Part shown: one piece after another, positions 50,101 through 62,280 of the stretch
How positions within the stretch are numbered: position 1 is the first letter of the stretch
How the letters are laid out: each line of letters starts with the position of its first letter
From: Hydrurus foetidus
Taxonomy: Eukaryota
Length of the DNA stretch: 64,000 nucleotides
Reading direction: 5' to 3'
NCBI GenBank assembly: GCA_900617105.1
Contig: UYFQ01000843.1
Coordinates: 1 to 64,000, forward strand
Notes under the pieces: model-generated
The model's database searches: none
Seen by the model: only the letters and a program-made list of their open reading frames with translations
What the model was told of the DNA's origin: nothing
Position numbers and translations under genes: made by a program

Positions 50101-53100
50101 CTTATTCTTATTTTTATTCTTATTCTTACTCTTACTCTTACTCTTATTCTTACTCTTATTCTTATTCTTATCTTATTCTTATGTTCATCTCTGTGTACTT
50201 CGTCATTTTTTAATCTTCATTTTTCTTTTTTATAATGACGTCATGTTTTTTTATTTCTTATCACTGACTTCCGCACCTATTTTCTCTGTCTTCTAGGTAA
50301 TTGGAATGAGCACACCCAAGGTCCCGACCCCACACGAGTTGGCAGCACTGTCGCTCTTGTTCGAAAATAACGTGAGCAGTATCGATAGAATTGTTTATTA
50401 TTTGATTAATCAGTGATTGTCTGTATTGATTTCTCTCGTCACACTGAGTAGCACTCGTGTCGACATGTTAAAGTGAATGGGAAGATTGCTCAATCGTAGG
50501 GAATACAATGTTCGGTCATCAATCTTCACTGCAAAAGACACCCACAATGCATATCCCCTAAGCCGCTTCATCGCTTGCCGTTATCGGTCAACCAAATGCA
50601 GACTGCAACAGGTCACCAAATAAACGTAAACAAGACCAAATCGGTGAATTTGACCATAACTCTCGATGCCAATATGAGTGAAGCTGTAGCCCGATTCTCG
50701 CAGCGACTGGCCAGTCACATCACCTCTATAGCTGACATTTGTAAGTCAAAAAATAAATAAGTAACAACGGTAATAACGAAAATAATATATAAAACATTTT
50801 GCAGCCGACACGTAAGAAATTTGAATCTGAAAAAGATTTTTTGGTTTTTGCGTGTTTACTCTATAACATGAAAATGATAATTTTTGTTTCGCATCTCTTA
50901 GATGGCTTGTATGAGCGAACGCATTCTTGAACACACATTTGTTTAATATTCTTTTTTCTTTTAGCGGAGTGTAGCGAGCACGACACACAATCTCCCTCAT
51001 TTTACTTTTCTTGCATTGCATTGCATTTGCATTGCATTGCATTGCATTGCTGATGATGTGTAGCTCGTTGTAGCATAGGACAGTTTTGTACTAATCTATG
51101 TGTACGCACTCATTCTCGAGCAAACTCATGTAGCGAATCCGGATAGTTGGTGCGTGTAGAAGCCAAGTTGAATTTGCTAACAAATACAAGGCATTTCCTC
51201 TACCTCTTTGAACCTCTTTCACCCCTTCTCTACTTTCTCTACTTTCTCTCCCAGCTGTGTTGACGAGTAGGATTTCAAAATCAAAATCTAGCACGGTCCA
51301 AATAGACAACAGTGTTCCCGCGAACACTACCTCTTTCTCTCCCTCTTACTCTACCTCACTGAACAAGTCAATGTTGACACCCACTGAGAAAGAGGTTGAG
51401 AAAAAACGATTTGAATTAGTTAAAGATTTCCAGTATCAATATATTGAAATTTTAAAATTTCAGACGAATCATGTAAGTAAAATGAAAACAGAAAATTAAA
51501 AATTGAAAATTGAAAAAAACTCTTTCTTTATCATAACAAATAATTATTTTCAATCTCTCTCTCTCTGCGACTTCACTTCTCCTCTCCTCTCCTCCCCTCC
51601 CCTCCCCTCTCCTCTCTACTACTCCGCTCTCTTCTCTTCTCCCTCCCTCTCCTCTCCCTCTCCTCTCTTCTCTACTACTCCGCTCTCCTCTTCTCTCCTC
51701 TCCTCTTCTCTCTCTCTACTCCGCTCTCCTCTCCTCCCCCTCTCCTATCTTTCCACTGCTGCGCTTCACTCCATTCTTCCTGTACTGTATTTTCTCCTTC
51801 TCTCTCTTACGCGCATTTTTGTCCTTCTCTTTGCTCTTCCCTCCATCACTGTGCGTCTCACAATATTGAGCAGTACCCCCTCTTCTCTCACGGTACTCCA
51901 CTCTCACCAATCTCGATACTGCGCTTTTATTTTTCCTCTTATTCTGTTCTTTAGTTTGGAGCTGTGAGGTGTGAATGCCGCACTATATTCTACAACCGCT
52001 TTTTCAACAGTCTGGATCTCGCCATGTCTCTGTTTCCCTTGATGGGGACGGACAGCCTGACAGCTCTCTCTTGCACACCACACACAAGTAAGAGTGAAAT
52101 CATGAACTGTAACGGTGACTGCGAAAACTGTTCCATTAATTTATATTTGCTTATTTTTTTAATCCTCTTTTGCCTTCTCTTCTTTCTTTTTCTCTAAATT
52201 ATTTTCGTTTACACATCTTTTTGATACCTCTATTTCTCCTCTCCACTCCATTCCTCTTTTCTTTTCTTTTCTTTTCTCTTCTTTTCTCTTCTTTTCTTTT
52301 CTTTTCTTTTCTTTCTTTCTTTCTTTTCTTTTCTTTTCTTTTCTTTTCTTTTCTTTTCTTTTCTTTTCTTTTCTTTTCTTTTCTTTTCTTCTTTTCTTTT
52401 CTCTTCTTTTCTCTTCTTTTCTCTTCTTTTCTCTTCTTTTCTCTTCTTTTCTCTTCTTTTCTCTTCTCTTCTCTTCTCTTCTCTTCTCTTCTCTTCTCTT
52501 CTCTTCTCTTCTCTTCTCTTCTCTTCTCTTCTCTTCTCTTCTCTTCTCTTCTCTTCTCTTCTTCTCTCTTCTCCTCTCTTCTATTCTCTGTATTATCTTC
52601 ACTTATTCTAAACACTTTTCAGGCAACACAGCGAACACACAAGTCAATGATAACGGGATGGAAAATAGAGCAGAAAAGGGGCAAACTAAAACTTTCAATC
52701 TCAACGATCACTATTATCTCTCCTCGTCAGTACCACCCTCTTTGCCCCCTACACACACAACACACATACCAGACCGTACGGCACATTCTGGCAGTACGTT
52801 CACTGCGTGTCTCTCGTGTAAGAAACCGTTAATAGACCAACAAACGACGAAGAGAAAATCCGGAATTACCAACTTACCATTTTTTCTAAACGCTTTTAAT
52901 GAGGAGATGTCCGTACTAAAAGTACGTGCGCAAGCCAATAGTGCAGGAAATAATTTACAATATGATAGTTACGAAGTGAGCGGCAGAAGCAATTTAATTT
53001 CAACCACAAATTCATTGCGAAAATACACGTCTAATTCCACTTCAACAAATTTGAACGAAATTGGGAAGAAAACGGCAACGGTCCAAAATCCGTTTCCAGC

Positions 53101-53431
53101 GGAGAGAATTTCTTTTTCGCCAAATAGCGCTAATGTCGGACTAAAAAACAAATTGTTCAATACTGTCAATCACGCGGAGCGATCAGTGAGCGATAAATAC
53201 ATTTACAGCGGCACTGATTCAGATGACATTAATACCAATATTTGTATGGACGATGTGTTAAACAATGTCGATAAAGATGCATCCGTAAAAATGAGACAAA
53301 GTAGTACACACGTCACAGCCCATACTGTAGAAATGGAAAAGAAAGTAAAAAATAAATTTAGTCGACCGTTATCAGCTCCCGCCTCTTCCTCTTTTGTGAT
53401 CGGTAGACTGATACCGAGAAAAGGAAATTAA
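41192..53431 (+). CDS. Large multi-exon gene for an unidentified low-complexity/coiled-coil protein; exon structure approximate
   Basis: ATG at 41192 (MESKGVLRGE...). Open exon-like segments bounded by AG/GT at ~42170-42382, 42564-43820, ~44750-45000, 46190-46555, 46963-47094, 47554-47706, 48116-48196, 49150-49307, 49910-50015, 50297-50370, ~50590-50740, ~51260-51472 and 52624-53431 (TAA). Rich in E/K/N; no recognisable family motif. Confidence 0.6.
45553..45923 (+). mobile_element. Dispersed repeat copy 1: 203-bp near-perfect hairpin (45553-45755) plus ~170 bp tail, intronic; MITE/foldback-like
   Basis: Arms gatgtcaagggacgtg...gtaccgtactg and cagtacggtac...cacgtcccttgacatc enclose an 11-nt loop. 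A second copy lies at 54227-54568. Confidence 0.8.
48446..48583. repeat. (GTTT)n microsatellite, intronic
   Basis: Direct reading. Confidence 0.95.
52253..52582. repeat. (CTTTT)n/(CTCTT)n microsatellite, intronic
   Basis: Direct reading. Confidence 0.95.
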
Positions 53432-54226
53432 TTGACATTAAAAAAAAAAAAAGTCGACATTTTCATTTCTTTTTTATTTATATATTCTTCATTTAATAAA
53501 TATTTGATTTATTTTCTGTTGTTATATTTGCTATCATATAACTCCTATCCAATGCGGTCTGCGATCGAGGTATTTTTAATCCAATTCTTCGTCTCGCGCT
53601 GCAACCGACAATGTGCAAGTATTGCATTCTTGGAAAATTGGAATACTTTCATTCCAAAAAGAACGTGATGTGCCTTGTTCAAATCTTAGAAGGTGATCGC
53701 AACAGGGGAGTTCGATAGCTGCTTGAGTGCATAGCGATGCGATGAGCGTGGAGATGAATATCACTGAGACAGAATAAAATGTCCGCAACAGAGAACGATA
53801 ACGGGTCTGAGCACTGTTGCAATCACCATCACATCTCAGCCTTGGGTTTCGTTTGTACCATTGGACATTTTAGTCTGTCTTGGTGATTTGAGAACGGACA
53901 AATTCATTGGCAGAAGATGGACGCATCGATCTTGCCAATGAGTGCTGGATCCGAGTAAGTGCCATCGGAAGGAGAAGAGCGCCTCCGTTGAGTTCAAATC
54001 ACAACAGAAGTTCTGGGATTTTCTTGAAGCATATTTGACGAATATCGAGTGAGAATCGTTATTCTCAGCGGCCACTTCAGATTATGATAGAATGATATTC
54101 CTGTTTTATTATGACTTCGACAGTGTGTATCCTATCTTTGATGTGGTTGACATTGCACACGACCCGTTGAAATTGAACATTTTGAACATTATCGTTACAG
54201 CAGCTGAAGGCTCTTTGTTTGTTACA

Positions 54227-54568
54227 GATCCACTTTCAATCTGGACCCACCCCTGTAACGATAATTCACACACACAATCTGTACCGTACTGCAAAGTGGA
54301 AACAGTACGGTACAGATAGTGTGTGTGGATTGTCGTTATAGGGGTGAGTCCAGATTATACGTGGATCGGATCAGCGATGAAGCACGTCCCTTGACATCAC
54401 CTGGAAGAGATGTCAGTAGGTGCGAACGATACATGACATTGTGAGACATTTATTATCCTAGTGAAGAATGTGACCGCCAGTATTAAGTCGGGAATTCATG
54501 CGCGTATTTTATGTACTCGGCACTATGACGAATACAAAAACTCTTCACTAATTCCGTTTCTCAATTTG
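54227..54568 (+). mobile_element. Dispersed repeat copy 2 (left arm truncated), intergenic
   Basis: High identity to ~45582-45923, including the tail; the loop is the reverse complement of that in copy 1. Confidence 0.8.
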
Positions 54569-55269
54569 CGGGAGAGATAGCTAACCCCTTTGCGACCCAC
54601 CATTTTTACGCAATCCCTACTCTAACCCTCATGTTGCCCTACAGTGTACAGCGTAAAAAGGCTGGACGATCTTTCGGAAGATTATATTCCATTGTGATCA
54701 CTTTTTTAATTTCTTTCTCTATCCTCCACTGACTCGTGCCATTCCAAACCAAGCCAAGTAAACAAGGATAAAAATCCGAAGATGGTAATATCGAAATACC
54801 CATGGGTAAAAGTGTGAATAAAAACTAATTAATATATAGAACAAGAAGAACAAAAAGTAATTGACTTGACTTAACTTGACTTGACTTGAATTTATTAGAT
54901 TAGACGGGATGAGAGCGAGAATCGCTTTCACCTTAAGTCCCTTCTTTCCTTTCGACCGTTTTAATTGTGTCCGAGAATAGTATCTTCAGAGAGGTATGTA
55001 CATAATTTAATTTTTTTAATCATGTAAGTGTAGCACTAAATGTCCTCCGATTCAAACAGACACCATTCGTACAATCGGATACCGTGTAATGACGTGACAG
55101 ATGAGATCACGGAAAAGGGAGGAGAAGAGAAGGAGAGAAAGAGAAGGACAGAAAGAGAGGGCAGGGGGAAAGAGGAGTGTCTCGGGACTGCCTCCTTCTC
55201 AATCAACTCATCATCATCCGACCAATTCCATAACATCTTAACCATCTTAGAACATCTTAAATCTCTCTC

Positions 55270-56160
55270 ATGCAAGCGACCATTGTCCTTGTACCGATGA
55301 GGAGGAAGCAAACAAAGATGTAGAATTTGCATGTAGCGAATAGTGCGGGCATAACCGGGATTCCGAGTATACACGGGTAGGGGTCGTATTTCCTAAGGGA
55401 AACAGAAGAAGAAAAAAGAGGAGAGAGAAAAGTGAGAGTGGGGCGATGAAAATGATGTGAGAAACGAAATGTGAGAGAGGGAGATTAATAGGACAGGAAG
55501 ATTGAGAAGGTGTTCTGGTGGTATGGTGGAGGAGAGAAGTCGTGTACGAGGAGAAGAAAAGAGTAGATAAGATGAGAAAATAGAGACAAGAGAGAGATTA
55601 CAGTGCATCACGAGGCAACTCAAGACCTCCCCTTAACGGCGTAGAGGCGTACCAAGTGATAGAAGTCCGTTCGTACCTGATTTGCGAAATCATTTCGGCC
55701 ACAGCTTGCCTTCTTCCTTCGTTTGAAATGGAATTCGAGTGGGAGTGGGAGTTCGCTTGACCGGAAGGAATAGAAGTGTTCATAGCGAAACCTATGGAGA
55801 GAAAAAAGGAAAAAGGAGAGTCAATATGGGAGAATGAGGTACAATAAAATAGAACACCCGCATGGATTAGAAATAGAGACAGGAAAGGATGAGACAAAAT
55901 AAAAATAGATGGAGATTGACAAATCGACGAACAGGCAGACACATACTCTCTCTCGCGCACACACAACACTCTCTCTCACACACACACACCCACACGCACA
56001 CATGAAAGGATATGACCCGTACCAGTGCCCATGTTGACGCTTAGTCGAGAGTGACTCTTCCTCATGCCTGTGTGCGCAGAGGAAGACGAGGAGGGGGCCA
56101 GGAGGGAGGAGCTCAGTGCAGCACTGGTTGACATGGAGTCGCCTAGAGGAGATAAAGACA

Positions 56161-56192
<32 letters not shown>

Positions 56193-59100
56193 CAGAGAGA
56201 GGGAGAGAGAGAGGGTGAGAGAGAGGAGGAAGGTGAGGGATTGGTGGATAAGGTGACAAGGAAGAGGTGAGGGTGAGGTGAATGTGTTGCGAGACGATGG
56301 CAATTTATTTGGATAGGAAGAAAGTGTAGTAGGATTCATCAGTGTTAGGTGTCACATTACTTCATGTAACATGATGTTACGTGATATGACATGACCCAAT
56401 GCGGCATCTCACACTATGTTATAATGACACGCGACATGAGGAACAGATTCGCATTGGAGTTGACGCGACAGTGACCTAACATAGCATCGCATTGCAGGCA
56501 ATGAAGATAGAATTGTAGTGTCCCAGTCCTGTTCTTTTTTTACCTAGGGAGTCTCTTGGAGTCATTTGTATGGACACAGAAGTGTTCGCAGCGAGCATTG
56601 TGGACCCTAGACCTAAAGATGGAATCAAGTTCGACACTCCTGAGTAAGGACCGTCGCTATCTTGATTTCCCATCCCCATATTGACGATATTAGGCTTATT
56701 GTTGATGATATTTGAAATGTTTGATGTGTTGTTGTTTTTCGTATAAGAACTGATGTTTACCGCATTTATCGCTAATGTGCGGAAAGTGCTGAATAGTGTC
56801 TCTTTTTGGCCAACATTAGGGCTATTTTCGAGGTTATTCAGTCTGGAGTTATCATCACTATCACCATTGGCGAAGAAAGTGTTTCCTTCCGGACTGTTTA
56901 GATTGTTGGAGGTGTTGATGTCTATCGCAGTGGAGGAGGGAGAGGCTGATTGACCGAAGTGAGAGAAATCAGTCTTATTCTTATTGTTACTGTTGTTTGA
57001 AAGAAAGGAAGAGTTTTGGTTTTTCTTTCTCATCAACTCATCGCCCTGAAAAAGAAAATAGGTAATTAGGTGAGGGAACAGTAGACAAGTATGAGAGTTA
57101 AGAATAGAGCGAATGAGGGAAGGGATAAATGATCCAAGGCATTTGATGACGGCACAGACCAGGCTGTGGTGGGGCTGTGGCATGTCACGCTACACTATAT
57201 CATGAGATACTGCGCTGTACTGTAGGGCGAAGGTCAGTTAAGGTGGACTAGGTATGCTGTGAAGCACACAAATAGGGTGCACTACGCTGCACTGTTCCAT
57301 TCAGTCACATCTAACACAGTTCAACAGGATTCTGTCCGGTGATCCAGTACGGAACACTCTACATAAAGTGCAGCACAGTGCCCCAGACCACGGCACACTA
57401 TCTCGCAGCACGCTACAGTACATCACAGAACAATGCTCCAAATCACACTACATCATATCACAGTAGAGTACATCAAAGTACTCCACAACTCACTACCTGG
57501 TATTTGTAGTCCTCGCTGCCCACGTCCATGTCATCGATATCTGGAGCGTCACTGCCCTCCACCGAATCCGATTCGAACACGTCCTCATGTCGACCCTAAA
57601 GAGTGAGAAAGAAAAGAAGGAGAGAAAGAGATGGAGGAGAGAAAGAGAAGAAGGAGAGCAAGAGAAGGAAAGCAGGAATGAAGGAAAGAGAGAGAGAGAA
57701 AGGGAGAGGGAAAGAGATTGCATCAGCGGGAGGTTGAAAAACTGTTTCCGGTTATGTGAACACAATAAAATGACCTCTCATTTGCTTACGTTCAGGAGGT
57801 ACGAAGAGTTTGGCAGGAAAGACAGTCCCTCGTTGTTGTCGTACGAATTGCTCCCCAGACTCATGCTGTAATTGCAGCAAACATACAAGAGATGTCAGCA
57901 AAAGGGTTGTGAAGTGGACAGCGAGGGTGAGTAAATGCAGAGAGGAAGGACGTTAGAGGAGTCGTGTTTTAATGGTGGCTGCACATGATGCTGGATAGAG
58001 AATAACGTTGCATGCGGAAGATCAATGAAGAATTGCTGCTAAGAACGTGACGATGAGCAGCCACGGATAAACTTCTTTTCGTAGGCAGATTGTGTATTCG
58101 ATAAAAAGAAAGGACTAGAAGACCCCTCTGGCGTCTTGTCTTGATGAAAATATCACCAGAGCATTAGAACACGGAGTTTTTTCATGCATATATGAGGTTG
58201 TGTAATCATGAATGTACGTGAATATGTGTTAGCGTGTATGTATGTATGTATGTGTGTATGTGTGTATGTATGTATGTATCTGTGTATGTATGTTTGTATG
58301 TATGTATGTATGTATGTATGTATGTATGTATGTATGTGTGTATGTATGCATGGACGTACTTATTAGTGTATGTACGTGTACGTATGTATATACGTCTATC
58401 TATCTGTTAGACTTACTTTCCACTGCTGTAGTTTCTGTGTGTTGAAGTTAGTCCGGCATTCATGCTCTGCAGTCCACTCACATGTCTGAAGGAAAGAATA
58501 ATCGTTAGGAGAGTGATCCAAAATAGCAATGTGAAGGCAAGTTGAGATATCATTCTGAGAAAAAAATGTTCTTCATGCAAGAATGGTTTGACTGAAATAA
58601 AGAAAGTCAAGATGAAGCAAGTGAAGAAAGTAAAAAAAGACACTTTACGAAAAAGTAGACATGCACATAGACAGACGACATCAGGCAGTCACTTGAGAAG
58701 ACAGGTAAGAAGAGTGAATGGCTCCAAAAAATCAAAGCAACTCAATGCACGGGAGAGCAATTAAGGCAAAAAAAGAGGAGGGGGAAAGAACGTGTCATGC
58801 TATCTGATGCATTCACCTGTATTGCTCTTGGAAGGTCTCAGTGGCCAGTGAGAATATCTTGATGAGGCACATCGTGATGTACAGACATGCGTATCCGCAG
58901 TAACTACCAGGGGGCTCCATCATCGCTTTGAATCCGTCCCTGTACGTCTGGTGGAGTGTAGGTATTCGAGGTGGTAGTGTGAGCATTGGTATCAGTGTGA
59001 GGGATTTGAGAGTGTGTGGTGGGGCGCGTGGTGTCATAGATAGTGATGTCTTTGAAAGGGTGGGAGAGTACAGGTGGACAGGTGTGCTATTCTACACGCA

Positions 59101-62100
59101 CATGCACTCACAAGGGACGTACACGTCTGTTCTCACAATGTGGGAAATAACATAACATGATTTGCAGACGACACTGGACGATCGACCGGAACGAATCCGT
59201 TCTTTCGTTTATTCCTCCTTGTTTTTTTGCTTTCCTCCGGATTTTTTCTCTTAACTTTCTCACCTACTCACTAATTGTCGTTTCTAACTTCACCAAATTT
59301 TGCAGATCAACTCACTCTCTCACACTTACTCTCATTTCCTCCTTCTCTCTCTCTCTCTCTGTTTTATTTTTTCTCACTCTCACTCACTCACCTGGACTAG
59401 CAGCACTATGAAGACCATGATGTTTATCAAGAATGTCGCGCTCACTGCAAGGCCCCCAATGTCGTAGTCCAGAGCAAGATCGTCATTCAAAACGAAATTT
59501 CTGTGATATATGATAGGGACAAATAATGTAGGCGAGTGAATGGAGAGGAAGGGGAGAATAAGAAAGTGAGAATACGGAGGATGCAAGGATGGGGAGAGAG
59601 AGAAGGAAAGACAGAGTGTGTGAGAGAGAGAGTTCATGAGTGAGAAGTAGAGAGAAGGACAGAGACTTGAAGACGAAGGATTGCAGTACAGCAATACCGC
59701 GGTGATTACCTGCAGTTCCACCAAGCGTTGATTTGAGTCTCCTGAATCGTCTTCAGCATTCTGTAGGTACAAGTTAAGGGCATGCAAATACAAAGAGTCA
59801 ATATGGTAATTACCATTGCATCATAATTACCATTGCAGACTCTCCAAATTATAATTTGAATTCCGTAAAATAGCACTTAAGTGCGAATAACGATAATGAA
59901 GTAAAAAGTGATAATAAAAGGAACTTAAAAAAAGAGATGAAACAATAGGAACAGAGAAATAGATGACTTCTATAATGGAGGGACTTTTCGTATATGATGT
60001 AGACGCTATCAACATATACGCTTACACATTCCAACATTTATCAAATGTTGCATTATTTCAATATTATACATAAACACACACAGACACACACACACGTACG
60101 TACTTACCGTGTGAGACACTGAACTCTCAATAGGTTTCTCTTATAAAGGGCTAAAAGGCGTCCGAAGAAACTCAGATGGAGGATCAGTGTGGTGAGCAGG
60201 ATGGTCAGCAGGTTGAGGATGATGAGGAGGGTGGCCGTGTGGGAGGGAGGCAGCACATACCAGTTATGCCTGCAGGGGAGAGGAATGGTGAGAGATAGGG
60301 GAGTTAGGGGAAGAGAGGTGGAGTGATGAAGGAAAAACGAAAGGAGAATGGAAGAGAAAAGAAGACAAAGGAAGAAAATGAAAAACATGACGAGTGATGA
60401 GAAAAGAAAAGAGAAGGAAGAAGAGAGGAGTGGTGAGGGGTAAGAGAATAGGGGAAAGAGAGGACGGAGCAGAAAAAGAAGCATCACAGATTTGCCAGTT
60501 AGAGCGCTTTATACACCTACAAATAAAACTTTTCCATTCATTAAAAACATTTCAAAGACTTTCAGAACAATATTTTGTCTAATGAAGACGACTGAAGAAT
60601 ATTGTTCATCAGAGCAAGAAACGATTTAATTTTTTTCTCACCACCCCAGCAGAGTGAATGTGAGAGCGGCAACGATGCCGAAGAAAACCCATGCAGGATT
60701 GCCCTATATTAGATGGTGAATAAGAATATCAGATGGAAGATGAATTGAATAGTTGATAAAGAAGAGGAAGTAAAAAATCAAGAAGAGTTGAGGATGATGT
60801 CATATCGGAGGTGTGTGATGGCCTCGATGGCGGTTTTGCTTGGCTAATAAATCGCACCATGAACATCTCCAGCGGAAATCATGGGATAGATGCAGCACAC
60901 AATAGAAGGGAAGAAAAGGCACATAGGGAAATAAAGGCATGTAGGTCGCACTCGAGACGGCTCTACTGATCGAGATGAGGCACATACACGATAAATGGAG
61001 AGGAAGGAAAGAAGAGTAAAGGGACAGGAAAGGAAAGGTATAGAAATAAAGGAAAGAAACGGAAAGAAAAAAAGAAAAGGGAAGAGAGGGGAAAGAAGGA
61101 AGATAAGGGATAGGATTATACCGTACCTCCGGTCTGATAGCTGATGCGGGGTTACCATAAAGTCGCATGATTTCCTCTCTTAGTTCGAAGGCAAAAGGGT
61201 CTTCTCTCTTCAGCCACTCCTCCGCTGCCTGGTAGTCAAATAGCGGGTAGATTTAATGATGATTCAATTTGATTGGTTGTACAGGGACAAAGACGGACAA
61301 GGAGAAAGGCAATTACGCGAATACTGCGTTGGATTACGTGGAACTAAATTGCATTGACCCCTGGACTACTACACTTTCCACTGCACTTGTGCCACTCCAT
61401 CTACTCATGCGCATCCTCACACTCACTCACTCTCTCTCTCTCTCACACACTCACTCCCTCCCTCCCTCCCTCTCTCTCTCTCACACTCACTCCCTCCCTC
61501 ACTCTCTTACACACTCACTCTCTCGCACACAGACGCCCTCAGCCATGCATACTAACACATGCAGGAGCTGACCTGTCTCTCTTGCAGTTCTTCATCAGCT
61601 ATCCTCCAAGCCATGCACACCGCCATAGCTACGATGACACTCATGAAGAGTAGGAAGGAAGTCTGCGCCATCGTGTAGTACCCAAGCATCTCCTACAGTG
61701 AAGAAAAGTAAACGAAATATCAACATTAGCAACAAGGACAGGCAAAGCAAGATTAAACAACAGTCAAAAGGAAAGCAAGAATAAGTTACGCAAAAAAAAG
61801 AAGGCAACTAGAACAGGTGAAAGCAAAGTTACACAGCAGAAAAGTGAGTGAAGCAAGAAAGTGCACCATCAGGAGCAGTAGCAGCAGGGGTGGTGCTATT
61901 AACATGATGATTACGCTGATAGCAACAATGCTTCTCACCTTGCCGTTGGAATATCCGCACCCCGCCCTACCCCCCTTCGTCTCCGGCACCACGATCCCGT
62001 CTGGGAGCTTGAAGCTCTCTGACCAGATGGACAGGCACTGCCCACAGCTGCTGTAGCACAGAGGGGGACCTCCTAAACGACGCCCTGGGGGAGATGAGTG

Positions 62101-62193
62101 TTTGGGTGGAAAGGGTTAGAGGGCAAGATGGAGGTAGGGGTAGGGGTAGGGAGCGTGAGTGATTAGGAGGAAAGAGATTAGTGAGAGAGGTGG

Positions 62194-62280
<87 letters not shown>

